This document shows, in pieces, positions 26,125 through 34,969 of a stretch of DNA of 64,000 nt. A program made the translations under genes and the position numbers. The stretch covers positions 19,065 to 83,064 of the forward strand of contig JAUYMA010000004.1 of NCBI GenBank assembly GCA_030698805.1. The letters run 5' to 3'. The notes under the pieces were generated by a model. It was not told where the DNA came from. It saw only the letters and a program-made list of their open reading frames with translations, and did no database searches. Source of the stretch: Nanobdellota archaeon. Its GTDB lineage: Archaea > Nanobdellota > Nanobdellia > Pacearchaeales > GW2011-AR1. Within the stretch, counting starts at the first letter, position 1; every line of letters starts with the position of its first letter.

Positions 26125-29100
26125 TTATTTAACTATCTTTAATTCTCGTCCAGCTGTATTTTCAGTAGAGGTTTCTATAAAGGCAAGGTTTAATTCATTA
26201 TAATTAAACTCGGAAATTTGATCTTTCTTATCTGGAAGAATTGATAACCTATATCTCCCATCAGCTAAAAGCCGAACTATTCCGATTAAATCATCAGTCG
26301 AGTTATAAATTTTATTAGCTGTAATGTAAATTCCAGTAAGCTTGCTATCATACTTTATATTCATTTTAATTCCTTCATCAATCTTATATCCTTCTTCAGT
26401 ACCCTCTATAGTAAATACTGGAATTGTGCTTATAGGTTCAGCATTTTCATTTATAGGAGGCGTGACCACATTATTTTTAGGGGCAACATCTGAAGGAGGG
26501 ACACCCCCTTGGATATTTGCCTTCTCACTCTTCAATTTTCCTCTTGCAAAAACATCTAAAACTCTGGCCTTGATAAGCAAAAGTTCGGCTTTCTGCTTAT
26601 TTAGATATGTCTTGATAATGATATCCTCTATATTGCCAAGCAAAGTCCTAACTTCTCCCTCTGTAGGAGCATTATCCTTAGATTCGAACCTCTTGCTGAC
26701 GCTCTTCAGTTCTTCACTAAATTCAAATATCTTAGCATTTATTTGATCTTCAGACAATACTTCTCCCTTGCCTTGAAGGATAGAGATCTGTCTCTCCTCT
26801 AACTCGCTTAAAGTTTCATTTCTTACTAGTTCATTCCCGGCAGTAATTGCTTTATCAACACTCTTTTTATCGAGCCAACATCTTATTTGAGGGTCATCAC
26901 AATACCCCACATCTTGGAACCTTGTAGGATCAGTCGATATTCCAGGATTATTAGTTGCGCAAATTCTCACAATTCCTCGCTTGTAATCTTCAGGCAATAT
27001 GCTTTCTTCCAAAGCAAATTGAGGATTAGTGTTGGCCAAGATAGCCGCTGGATTAACTCCTCCGCTCACGCATTCTCTTTCAGACCCAATGTCTGTCCTT
27101 TCAATCTCACCTTGCACATATTTGTCTCTTACATAATTAACAGCAAAACTACTTGATACTTGTTTGAATCCGCAATTTTCTTCTCCATTTATAGAAACAC
27201 ATAATTCCTTATAGCCTGAAGGGGCTGCAAGATCAAGTGTCTGAGTATTATAATCTCCCTTGGAGATGAATCCCTGGGCGACTGTATATTCTACCGGAAC
27301 AGAGATGTAAGAGCCTTGAGGGGGATCCTTCAAATAAACTCTATAACTTACTCCTGCATCTCTTCCGGCAAAGATGTGATAAAATATTTTATATTGATCG
27401 AAAGGATGCAATGCGGCGTCATTTAATTTTATAGAACTAAACCATGCGTGGAATTGAGGAGGGCTATCAGGTTCTATTAAATTATCAAATTTAGTTGGGG
27501 CTTTAGCCGAGATAAATGCCTTGCAGAATGGAGTGCCAACTTCCTCCACAGATCTTATCTGGAATGCCTTCAATGAATTTACCGCATAAGTATTTTTGAA
27601 ATAGTTTACAGAGTTTTGCATGTTATTCCATGCTCCTTGCACTGTCAGATATTCTCCTCCTCCTCTCGCACTCTTTCCCCTATAAATGGAATCAACAAGT
27701 TTAGGCAGTATAACATTTGCAGCAGGAGCAGCTTGTCTCCAAAAGAACTCGCATAAGTAAATTGATGTTATCTGATCACAAATCCCTACAACTCTGCCAC
27801 TATCTACACTTTCTTGTAGGCAACTCCTGTAGCTCTTCAGGATGGAAACATATGAATCAATACCTGCGTGTATGCCAGAAAGACAAACAGGAATAGCAAT
27901 TTTTTCTTTTATATTAGGTAAGCAAAGTAGAGTGCTCCCAACTATCCCGCTTTGTATAACATCTGCAACCTGATAGTTTCCTCCAAGATTGCATCTGCTT
28001 GCCGGGCAAATAACTGGATCACAAACATTAAACAACGCATAACAGTCTTTAGGATCCATAAAGTCCTGACACTGCACGGTGGGAATATTTGCAGCCGCAG
28101 TAACATCATTTATCTTAAATCCGTTTACAACAATTTGTTTGTTCCCATACTGATTTGCAGCTTCTTCTAGGGCGCGTTTAGCTCGGTCTATTAAAGCTCT
28201 TACTTCTCTCGAGTCAGTAATTCCTGGAAAAGAATAAGACTGGCCACTATAAGTATTAAATTGTTCACATATATCGTCTCCTAACCCCTCATTAAACTGC
28301 TCCTTGCCATTTCTGCCTACATTGCACAACCAGAAATTAGCAACTCTCCCATTGGACTCAAATGCTCCAACCGAAGCTCCTCCAAAGGCAGGTAAAGTTT
28401 GCCTTGTAGCTACATACCATCCTCTATTCACATCGAAAGGAACTAATGCAGGCATTCCCTTGTAAGGTTCATTATCATAATACCGAGCTTTAGGATTCAA
28501 ATATTTGTTATTGTAAGTTGTAGAAGACTTCGAAATAATCTTTCCAACATGAAAGACACTTACAAAATTATTAATTTCATTTTGGCTCAAAGCGGCCCCC
28601 TGAGGATCCTCACTTTCATTGACTTTCACCATACTTTTGATACCGTAATTTCCCTGAGAATCTATCTCTACTCCAGCTGCATAATAACCTGGATCAATAG
28701 GTTTGGCCCCCCGAATTCCTTCTGTATTCAAAGAAGAAGTGTGGAAAAACATTGCGTCCTTTACATTTTGATTGCCTGGGCCTTCAGTCAAAGATTTAGC
28801 CAATCGATCATTAATTCTATTTATTGAAATAACGTTCCCATCAATGTTTTGCTGTTTATCGCTCTTTAGTTCAACAGGAGCTCTTGCATTAATCCCAGAA
28901 CTTTGCTTCAATTTTTCATTTAATATTTGATTATCTTGGACTCTCTCAAAAATACTTTGTAATTCCTGTTGAGAATCATTTGAAACCCCATCCAGACCTT
29001 TCTTCCTCAAAATTAAATTCAATTCCATCTCTCTAAGTTGTTCATAGCTGTATTCTGCATCTTCATATCCCTTTTCATTCTTAAGAATCTCGCTAACACT

Positions 29101-31638
29101 TACATCTTTGCCATTTACCCTTACTTTCTCAGACCCATATTTTTCTAAAAGGTGTCCCCTATAATTGTTTACTGAAGTATCCCTATTAACTGTCTTATCT
29201 CCTAAAAATCCCTCTTCCTGATAAACTTCTTCATTTGTTTTTATGTTATTATTAACTTCATTTATAGCGTCCTTATAAGCAGCTACATCCTTGTTGATAT
29301 TTGTAGATTCTCCTAAATAGCAATCATTCAAATTAGAATAGCTTCCTCTATCAACCATCTGCTGGCATTTAGTAGTCCATCCATTGTCTCCCCTCATTAC
29401 TTTCTGCCTTGCCAATCCCTCTCCGCTTAATCCTGTGACAAAATTCTTTATTGTTAATACTCCTGCTGTGGCAAAGCATGCTCCTTTCAATCCTTTTACA
29501 ACTTTACCAAGGTTATCTGCGATATTCTCCCATTTTGCAATAGTCTTATTTAGTCTCTCTATTTTCTCCAAGGATTTTTCAGGATTTAATTTTATCAATC
29601 TTTTCTCAATTCCTATATTAACGCTAAGATTAGCCACACTCTCTGGCCCATAGGTAATTGGATTAAGCCTTATCATAGCTACTTTCTCTATATTTGTCTT
29701 GTCTAGTTTAATTTGTGTGCCACATACGCTAATAACTCTTTCGTCATTTAAGCTCAAGCTTATTCTTCCCTGTTCTTTAAAGATAAAACCTCCTTGGTTG
29801 TCAGAACCCACTTTACAAATAGGAGTCACAAGAGCACTATTGGTCTCTACTCTCTCAACTCTAAACTTTCCAACTTGATTGCCATTTAAGGTTAAGTTCC
29901 CAATGGTGCCTTCTTCAATTACTTCAATATTATTGCCAATTGCAAAAGTAGCTGTAGATATTTTTTCAGGTTTAGACAAACTCCTAACTCTTAATGTTCG
30001 ATATTTTCCTTCCAAATAAATAACATCACTTGCATTTTCAGTATTTACCAAAGCAATCTTATCGAGTTCGTTCTGATATTTCTGCCTGCTCTTGGAATCC
30101 GGATAATTATTAAGGAGCTTGCTAATTAGGCGCGCCGCTTCATCGCTTCTAGATGAGTCTAGAGCCAAGTTAATTGCATATTCCAAAGCTTGTTCGCCAT
30201 AGAATCCAGTAGAATTTGCTATTCTAGTATCGGGATATTCTTCAGCAATACGTTCATATTCTTCTATAGCCTCGTCTATCGCTCCAACACTTTCACCGAT
30301 TTCATAATCGGGCTTCTGAATTTTATTAGGAGAGTTAAAGAGAGTATTATGATAAGCAATTAATCCGCTTCGAATCATATCCAGATTCCTTACCTTTTCA
30401 TCAAATTTGTCTTCTCCCACAACATAACCTGGAATTTCTTCCCAGTCAAGTTCTTCCCAATTATATTTAAGCAATTTACCCTCAAAATTCACGCCATAAA
30501 TAAAATTATTATCTAAAGCGATAGAGGTTATATTAGTCTCGTTGTTAAATCTTGGTATTTTTCCCTCAAATTGCGGAAAATTCAATCCTAATCTTAAAAC
30601 TACTCTTTTTGAACCACAATCTACTGTAACACTTCCTGTATTAAGGGTATCATTTACTTCTATATCCCTGACTACACACCTTCCATTTAGGAAATCACTG
30701 CCCTCATACACTTCAAACACATCACTGCTCCCTCCAGGATCTCCAAGTTCAAGCCTCGCTTTGTTCTCGGATTTTATAAATCCAGCATAGTCTGCTCTCA
30801 ATCCCGCTCGGCAATAACTACCTGGTAAGAATATATCATTAGAAGGCCTTCCTTGAATGATTCTAGTTTGAGTAACTAATCTATCCCCTTGATAAATTCC
30901 AATATCTGCATAATCGGACTCTGCTTCTAGTAACCTCAAATAATAACGCCCATTCCAAAAACTCTGTTTGTTTTTTTCTTCCCTTTCCCATTCTTCATCA
31001 CTCACGGGACTTAAAACAAACTCTGCCCTTCCAACTCCTAAAGTATTCTCCGTATCATAGAATATCCTGGCAGTGAGATTGACATTTACAAATTCAGGTA
31101 ACTTTTCCTCAATTTCATTTCTCTTTAATACAACCACGACATATCCAATATTTCTATCAATCGGACTGCCCAATAATTTTTCTCTGGAATTCAAGGCCAC
31201 CCTAGATGGATGGAATCCCACATCCAAAACCTCTTGAGGTTTCTTAGAATCAAAAGTTATCCTCCTTATTTTAGTTATGTCTACAAGAGGATTAATTTTA
31301 ATGGCTTCTATTTGACAAAATACAGGAACATTCTGTTCGGCCAATAAATCGCTTCTTACTACCGCCGGTTGGCATCCCCCAGTAGGAATTCTTAACAGGA
31401 TATCTTGCCTCCCTACGCAAATATCCTGGCCCTCTATTTTAGGATAAAAAGTATCGAACCCTAAAAAGCCTCCTCCTGAAGAAGAATAATAATTTTCAAA
31501 GCTGGGTCTTGAAATCCCTGGATTAGAAGATATAGTAGATGCATAACTACTGCCGCTGAATTGCGCAGCACCTGCCAGATGCAAGGCTAAAAAGAATAAA
31601 GCCATGCAAATAACAATTTTCAATTCTCGATTATTCAT
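26125..31638 (-). CDS. giant secreted protein (1837 aa), no recognisable family
   Basis: Uninterrupted 5.5-kb ORF. Signal peptide MNNRELKIVICMALFFLALHLAGAAQF. TPR-like helical stretch, a 10-Cys cluster and a coiled-coil-like C-terminal third. 8-nt ATGAATAA overlap with the upstream gene. Confidence 0.7.
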   Translation of the reverse strand: MNNRELKIVICMALFFLALHLAGAAQFSGSSYASTISSNPGISRPSFENYYSSSGGGFLGFDTFYPKIEGQDICVGRQDILLRIPTGGCQPAVVRSDLLAEQNVPVFCQIEAIKINPLVDITKIRRITFDSKKPQEVLDVGFHPSRVALNSREKLLGSPIDRNIGYVVVVLKRNEIEEKLPEFVNVNLTARIFYDTENTLGVGRAEFVLSPVSDEEWEREEKNKQSFWNGRYYLRLLEAESDYADIGIYQGDRLVTQTRIIQGRPSNDIFLPGSYCRAGLRADYAGFIKSENKARLELGDPGGSSDVFEVYEGSDFLNGRCVVRDIEVNDTLNTGSVTVDCGSKRVVLRLGLNFPQFEGKIPRFNNETNITSIALDNNFIYGVNFEGKLLKYNWEELDWEEIPGYVVGEDKFDEKVRNLDMIRSGLIAYHNTLFNSPNKIQKPDYEIGESVGAIDEAIEEYERIAEEYPDTRIANSTGFYGEQALEYAINLALDSSRSDEAARLISKLLNNYPDSKSRQKYQNELDKIALVNTENASDVIYLEGKYRTLRVRSLSKPEKISTATFAIGNNIEVIEEGTIGNLTLNGNQVGKFRVERVETNSALVTPICKVGSDNQGGFIFKEQGRISLSLNDERVISVCGTQIKLDKTNIEKVAMIRLNPITYGPESVANLSVNIGIEKRLIKLNPEKSLEKIERLNKTIAKWENIADNLGKVVKGLKGACFATAGVLTIKNFVTGLSGEGLARQKVMRGDNGWTTKCQQMVDRGSYSNLNDCYLGESTNINKDVAAYKDAINEVNNNIKTNEEVYQEEGFLGDKTVNRDTSVNNYRGHLLEKYGSEKVRVNGKDVSVSEILKNEKGYEDAEYSYEQLREMELNLILRKKGLDGVSNDSQQELQSIFERVQDNQILNEKLKQSSGINARAPVELKSDKQQNIDGNVISINRINDRLAKSLTEGPGNQNVKDAMFFHTSSLNTEGIRGAKPIDPGYYAAGVEIDSQGNYGIKSMVKVNESEDPQGAALSQNEINNFVSVFHVGKIISKSSTTYNNKYLNPKARYYDNEPYKGMPALVPFDVNRGWYVATRQTLPAFGGASVGAFESNGRVANFWLCNVGRNGKEQFNEGLGDDICEQFNTYSGQSYSFPGITDSREVRALIDRAKRALEEAANQYGNKQIVVNGFKINDVTAAANIPTVQCQDFMDPKDCYALFNVCDPVICPASRCNLGGNYQVADVIQSGIVGSTLLCLPNIKEKIAIPVCLSGIHAGIDSYVSILKSYRSCLQESVDSGRVVGICDQITSIYLCEFFWRQAAPAANVILPKLVDSIYRGKSARGGGEYLTVQGAWNNMQNSVNYFKNTYAVNSLKAFQIRSVEEVGTPFCKAFISAKAPTKFDNLIEPDSPPQFHAWFSSIKLNDAALHPFDQYKIFYHIFAGRDAGVSYRVYLKDPPQGSYISVPVEYTVAQGFISKGDYNTQTLDLAAPSGYKELCVSINGEENCGFKQVSSSFAVNYVRDKYVQGEIERTDIGSERECVSGGVNPAAILANTNPQFALEESILPEDYKRGIVRICATNNPGISTDPTRFQDVGYCDDPQIRCWLDKKSVDKAITAGNELVRNETLSELEERQISILQGKGEVLSEDQINAKIFEFSEELKSVSKRFESKDNAPTEGEVRTLLGNIEDIIIKTYLNKQKAELLLIKARVLDVFARGKLKSEKANIQGGVPPSDVAPKNNVVTPPINENAEPISTIPVFTIEGTEEGYKIDEGIKMNIKYDSKLTGIYITANKIYNSTDDLIGIVRLLADGRYRLSILPDKKDQISEFNYNELNLAFIETSTENTAGRELKIVK

Positions 31639-33484
31639 TTAAAATAAATACTCTCCCGCCTTCAAAGGCCTCATAATTATATTGTAATCCTTCTAAAGAA
31701 TTTGGAACCGGCATAGATGGAACACTCAACACTAATAACCCTTTTTCAAGAGAGTCTGCAAACAAATAGACTTCTGCCTGGCCTCCCCCTATAAGCGCCT
31801 TCTCAATTTTGGATTCTGGAATATTTATATCGAAACACTGTTCCTTTGTAGATCCGAAGAATCCCAATATTCCAGAGCTTGTTATCTCCGTACATTCCCT
31901 CTTACTGCTTGCTGGAATAGTTATGCTTGAATTGCCGTACACATATACGCTCACATTATAATATCCCTCTGCTAATTCTGTTTTATTATTGTCCGGTAAA
32001 GCAGCAGCTGCTCTCCTCTCTCCTTCAAAATAAACAATTGCTTCTCCTCCTAAATCAGCTCCTCCAGATCTAACTTTAATTTCCACATCATATAGCTTAT
32101 CCAATATTAAATCTACACCTCCTGCAGAATTGCTTGAAAAGTATTTCTGGCTATCTTTATATCCTTCAGCCTTCGCTTTTATTAATCCTGAAAGACAAGC
32201 TGGAGCCTTTCCTTCAAATACTCCATTGACACTCTCACCTAATTCACACTCTTGTTCAAAACAAGTATAGCTTATATTGGCATTCACCTTGTTTAATTCT
32301 ACATCGTAAATTTCAACCTTAACATCTTGAGTCTTATATTGACATACATCAAATTCTTCATCAGTCTGCTCTAAGCCGTCTAACTGAGAGTAAGGAGTTT
32401 GTCTAGGGACATTTTTATCGATTACTACTGCTACGGGAAACTGAAAGATCTCATTATTACTATAGACTTGAATCATAACCGGAAAATTAATATCATAGAC
32501 GAAATGATATGGTGCGTAACAGAAACCCATTATTCCTAATCCAGCCTCATTGCCGATAGGTTTGGCAACCATTAACTCGCCTTCACCACCATGAATCTCT
32601 ATTTTAGTAGGCCACTCTTGAGAATATAAGAAGTTGACTGCCCCATCAGACTTCTCATTTATTATAAAATATTTATTCTCTTTCTTCTGAAGATTGTAAT
32701 TTCCGCTTTTCAGTTTTAAGTGAGCTACATTAGCTTCTAATCCGTCCTTAATTTCTTGCATTACTTCTCTTGATTTCCAAATTGTGGGAGAACAATCAAG
32801 CTCTACTCCGTCAACTGGAGCATAAAGTCTTAAGACGTCCTCCGCATATTGCTCTAAAAACGACTCGTTTTTTTCTTTTTGATAAATCCTCAGAGCATCA
32901 TTATAAAATTTTCCAAATTCGCTGGCCATTTCAGCCCTGTGCTCTCTCTTTTGGGCAGAACTACCATTCTTAGAAACGCTCATATCAGCTAGTATATTTA
33001 TAAGGACTTTCTCATCCCCGATATCCACCTTGACTTCGGGAGTTCCAATATCAATTGAGTACCCTCGAGCATACAAATTATCAAAATTGCAATCAACGTT
33101 CTGCTCAATAAAATTCTCTAATTCTTTTTCTATCTCTGATTTCTTGGGAACTTGTTCTTTGATAATTCCATTAGCAGTGATGTAATACCAATAAGGAACC
33201 TCAAAACCTAAGAAATCCAAGTGAGAAGAAGATGGTGCATACTCGCTGCCTGGAGAAAACTCTCCAATATCTATCCTGCCTCCTTGGCTTCCCGCCAAAT
33301 CCAGACCTTGTCTAGCGGTCTCTTCAATGCAAGATCTATATTGGTTGAAAACTGCATCGAATTCGGATGCTTGGTTCTTTATAGAATCTTGAGGCTTTAA
33401 GATTAAAAATAGGGCAAGACCGATAATTATAACTCCTAATATAACGAATAATGCCAGTTGCCCTCTTTTATTAAATTTAATCAT
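31631..33484 (-). CDS. 617-aa surface protein with class III (type IV pilin-like) signal-peptide layout
   Basis: From ATG 33484: MIKFNKRGQLALFVILGVIIIGLALFLIL (basic leader, G-Q, about 22 hydrophobic residues). The rest is unassignable. The track ORF start (33517) is a non-ATG upstream extension. Confidence 0.65.
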   Translation of the reverse strand: MIKFNKRGQLALFVILGVIIIGLALFLILKPQDSIKNQASEFDAVFNQYRSCIEETARQGLDLAGSQGGRIDIGEFSPGSEYAPSSSHLDFLGFEVPYWYYITANGIIKEQVPKKSEIEKELENFIEQNVDCNFDNLYARGYSIDIGTPEVKVDIGDEKVLINILADMSVSKNGSSAQKREHRAEMASEFGKFYNDALRIYQKEKNESFLEQYAEDVLRLYAPVDGVELDCSPTIWKSREVMQEIKDGLEANVAHLKLKSGNYNLQKKENKYFIINEKSDGAVNFLYSQEWPTKIEIHGGEGELMVAKPIGNEAGLGIMGFCYAPYHFVYDINFPVMIQVYSNNEIFQFPVAVVIDKNVPRQTPYSQLDGLEQTDEEFDVCQYKTQDVKVEIYDVELNKVNANISYTCFEQECELGESVNGVFEGKAPACLSGLIKAKAEGYKDSQKYFSSNSAGGVDLILDKLYDVEIKVRSGGADLGGEAIVYFEGERRAAAALPDNNKTELAEGYYNVSVYVYGNSSITIPASSKRECTEITSSGILGFFGSTKEQCFDINIPESKIEKALIGGGQAEVYLFADSLEKGLLVLSVPSMPVPNSLEGLQYNYEAFEGGRVFILNE

Positions 33485-33626
33485 TCTTTTCCCTCTTATT
33501 GTTTCGAGTTTTCTCAACTTTGTCTTTAATAAGCCTTAAAATTTCGCTATTTATATCCTGGTTAATACTTCCTTTAAACCTTTCCCACAGGGATTCATCC
33601 TCTATAAGCAGAAGATACTTTTTCAT
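33477..33626 (-). CDS. 49-aa ribbon-helix-helix-like (CopG/Arc-like) mini-protein
   Basis: Hand translation: MKKYLLLIEDESLWERFKGSINQDINSEILRLIKDKVEKTRNNKREKND. Strand-helix-helix pattern with a basic tail. agagg lies 6-10 nt upstream of the ATG. 8-nt ATGATTAA overlap with the 617-aa gene. Confidence 0.4.
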   Translation of the reverse strand: MKKYLLLIEDESLWERFKGSINQDINSEILRLIKDKVEKTRNNKREKND

Positions 33627-33663
33627 TTGAGCCTCTTTTTAATACTTCTAGCTAATTGCCAGT

Positions 33664-33671
33664 TATATAAA
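33664..33671 (-). promoter_or_regulatory. TATA-like box (TTTATATA) upstream of the RHH/617-aa/1837-aa genes
   Basis: Located in the only intergenic gap of the module (33627-33703), 38-45 nt upstream of the RHH ATG. Confidence 0.35.
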
Positions 33672-33703
33672 AACCTTTCTTATTAACTAACTTACTTAAT
33701 AAC

Positions 33704-34282
33704 TTACTTAGTAAGCGATAATCTATCCATGAAAAGTGTTATCACGATCAAAATCGCTAAAAAAATAATCTCAACCAGCCCCAAAACATAAAAGAAATAT
33801 AGATTCTCCTTGTTTTCTTCTCCCTGTGAAGGAAGATTTACATCTAGTTTAATCCATATTCCCAATCCCGCGTCTGCATTTTCAGCTTCCAGAAAAAGCA
33901 CACCATGAAAATATCCTGATTGATTAGCTTTTAAGCATACAAGAAGATCATCCTCTAAAAAAATAGTAATATCACGAGCATATTTGCTTTCTATGCCTAA
34001 ATCTTCTGCGTTTTTATCATATAATGAAATATCTCTCATTGGATTAGTGCTCCATTTATCATAAATTTTCAATAAGTTGGGTAGGCCATCTCCTTTCAAT
34101 TTTAAATTTTGGCATATAAATTCTCCAGGCTTTGTTTTGAAATGCATCTCTGGAGGGGAAGCGCTCAATCTAAAAGCCAGAGTTGTATTGGTCAAGAAAA
34201 TGGCTAGAAAAATTAATAGTAAACAACAAATTTTTAGTTTACTGGGAGACTGCAAAAAATTTAACATTGGTTGTGTGCCCAT
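33704..34282 (-). CDS. signal-peptide protein with beta-sandwich-like ectodomain and C-terminal TM anchor
   Basis: 192 aa. N-terminal hydrophobic KICCLLLIFLAIFLTNTTLA. LSASPPEMHFKTKPGEFICQNLKLKG (PapD/MSP-like strand pattern). C-terminal YFFYVLGLVEIIFLAILIVITLF. Confidence 0.5.
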   Translation of the reverse strand: MGTQPMLNFLQSPSKLKICCLLLIFLAIFLTNTTLAFRLSASPPEMHFKTKPGEFICQNLKLKGDGLPNLLKIYDKWSTNPMRDISLYDKNAEDLGIESKYARDITIFLEDDLLVCLKANQSGYFHGVLFLEAENADAGLGIWIKLDVNLPSQGEENKENLYFFYVLGLVEIIFLAILIVITLFMDRLSLTK

Positions 34283-34745
34283 TTAAATCTCTAAGAATTG
34301 TAGAGGGATAATTCCGGAGGTCCATTTTTGCATAAATATAATCACTTTTATTCTCTCCTAATTTTGCAGGGGCAGATATATTAAAATTGAATATTCCTAT
34401 TTTAGAATAAGGTTCGGTGGTTCTTCTTTGAAAATAAGTATAATTGAATATATCTTCAGAAGAATCAGTCAATTTCGGAGTCACAATTATTCCCACATTG
34501 CCCGTATTGGTAACATTAATTCTTACATTAGAAGTTTGCCTTCCGTTTTCTACCTCTCCAAAATCTACTCTATCTTGAACCTCTAAGCTAATTACTGGAT
34601 CGTCTACTTGATCCCCTAGAACATCTACTTCAAAGATAGAAACATCCGCTGCATTAGAAGGCATGATAATAAATAAGAAGATTATAAAGGAAAATGTTCC
34701 TTTTGCTAAAAGTTTAACCCTATTGTCAATTATATACTGGCTCAT
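34239..34745 (-). CDS. secreted beta-sandwich-like protein (possibly TasA/camelysin-like)
   Basis: 168 aa. Signal-anchor FSFIIFLFIIMPSNA. DFGEVENGRQTSNVRINVTNTGNVGIIV and the C-terminal ...NVKFFAVSQ resemble the TasA/camelysin pattern (weak, by eye). Confidence 0.5.
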   Translation of the reverse strand: MSQYIIDNRVKLLAKGTFSFIIFLFIIMPSNAADVSIFEVDVLGDQVDDPVISLEVQDRVDFGEVENGRQTSNVRINVTNTGNVGIIVTPKLTDSSEDIFNYTYFQRRTTEPYSKIGIFNFNISAPAKLGENKSDYIYAKMDLRNYPSTILRDLNGHTTNVKFFAVSQ

Positions 34746-34811
34746 ATATAATAAAAAATATATATCCCATTTCTATTTAAAGATATGCGATCATTATAGA
34801 GTAAGAATAAG

Positions 34812-34882
34812 TGGCCCCACCAAGGATCGAACTTGGGCATGGTCCACGTCAAAGACCCGGTCTACCATTAGCCTATGGGGCC
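34812..34882 (-). tRNA. tRNA-Val (anticodon GAC)
   Basis: Reverse complement: acceptor GGCCCCA/TGGGGCC, anticodon stem GGTCT/GGACC, loop TTGACGT, T arm CCAAG-TTCGATC-CTTGG, discriminator A. One C:A mismatch in the D stem. Confidence 0.8.
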
Positions 34883-34905
34883 CAATTCTGTCAATTTACT
34901 TCCCT

Positions 34906-34913
34906 ATATAAGC
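34906..34913 (-). promoter_or_regulatory. TATA-like box (GCTTATAT; CTTATATA if shifted 1 nt) at -31..-24 of tRNA-Val
   Basis: Fixed spacing shared by all nine tRNA genes. Confidence 0.4.
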
Positions 34914-34969
34914 TTTTTTAACGGCTGTAAATCAATAAGCTTTTAATATATGATAAAATAGTAGTAAAG

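Noticed and set aside
26342-30790. Six plus-strand track ORFs (26342-26746, 26887-27156, 27952-28170, 28549-28827, 29384-29653, 30542-30790) lying inside the giant minus-strand gene.
   Set aside because: They are antisense shadows of a long, uninterrupted 1837-codon ORF. Their products are low-complexity, Ser/Leu/Phe-rich translations typical of the antisense frame in AT-rich coding DNA. They have no start context.
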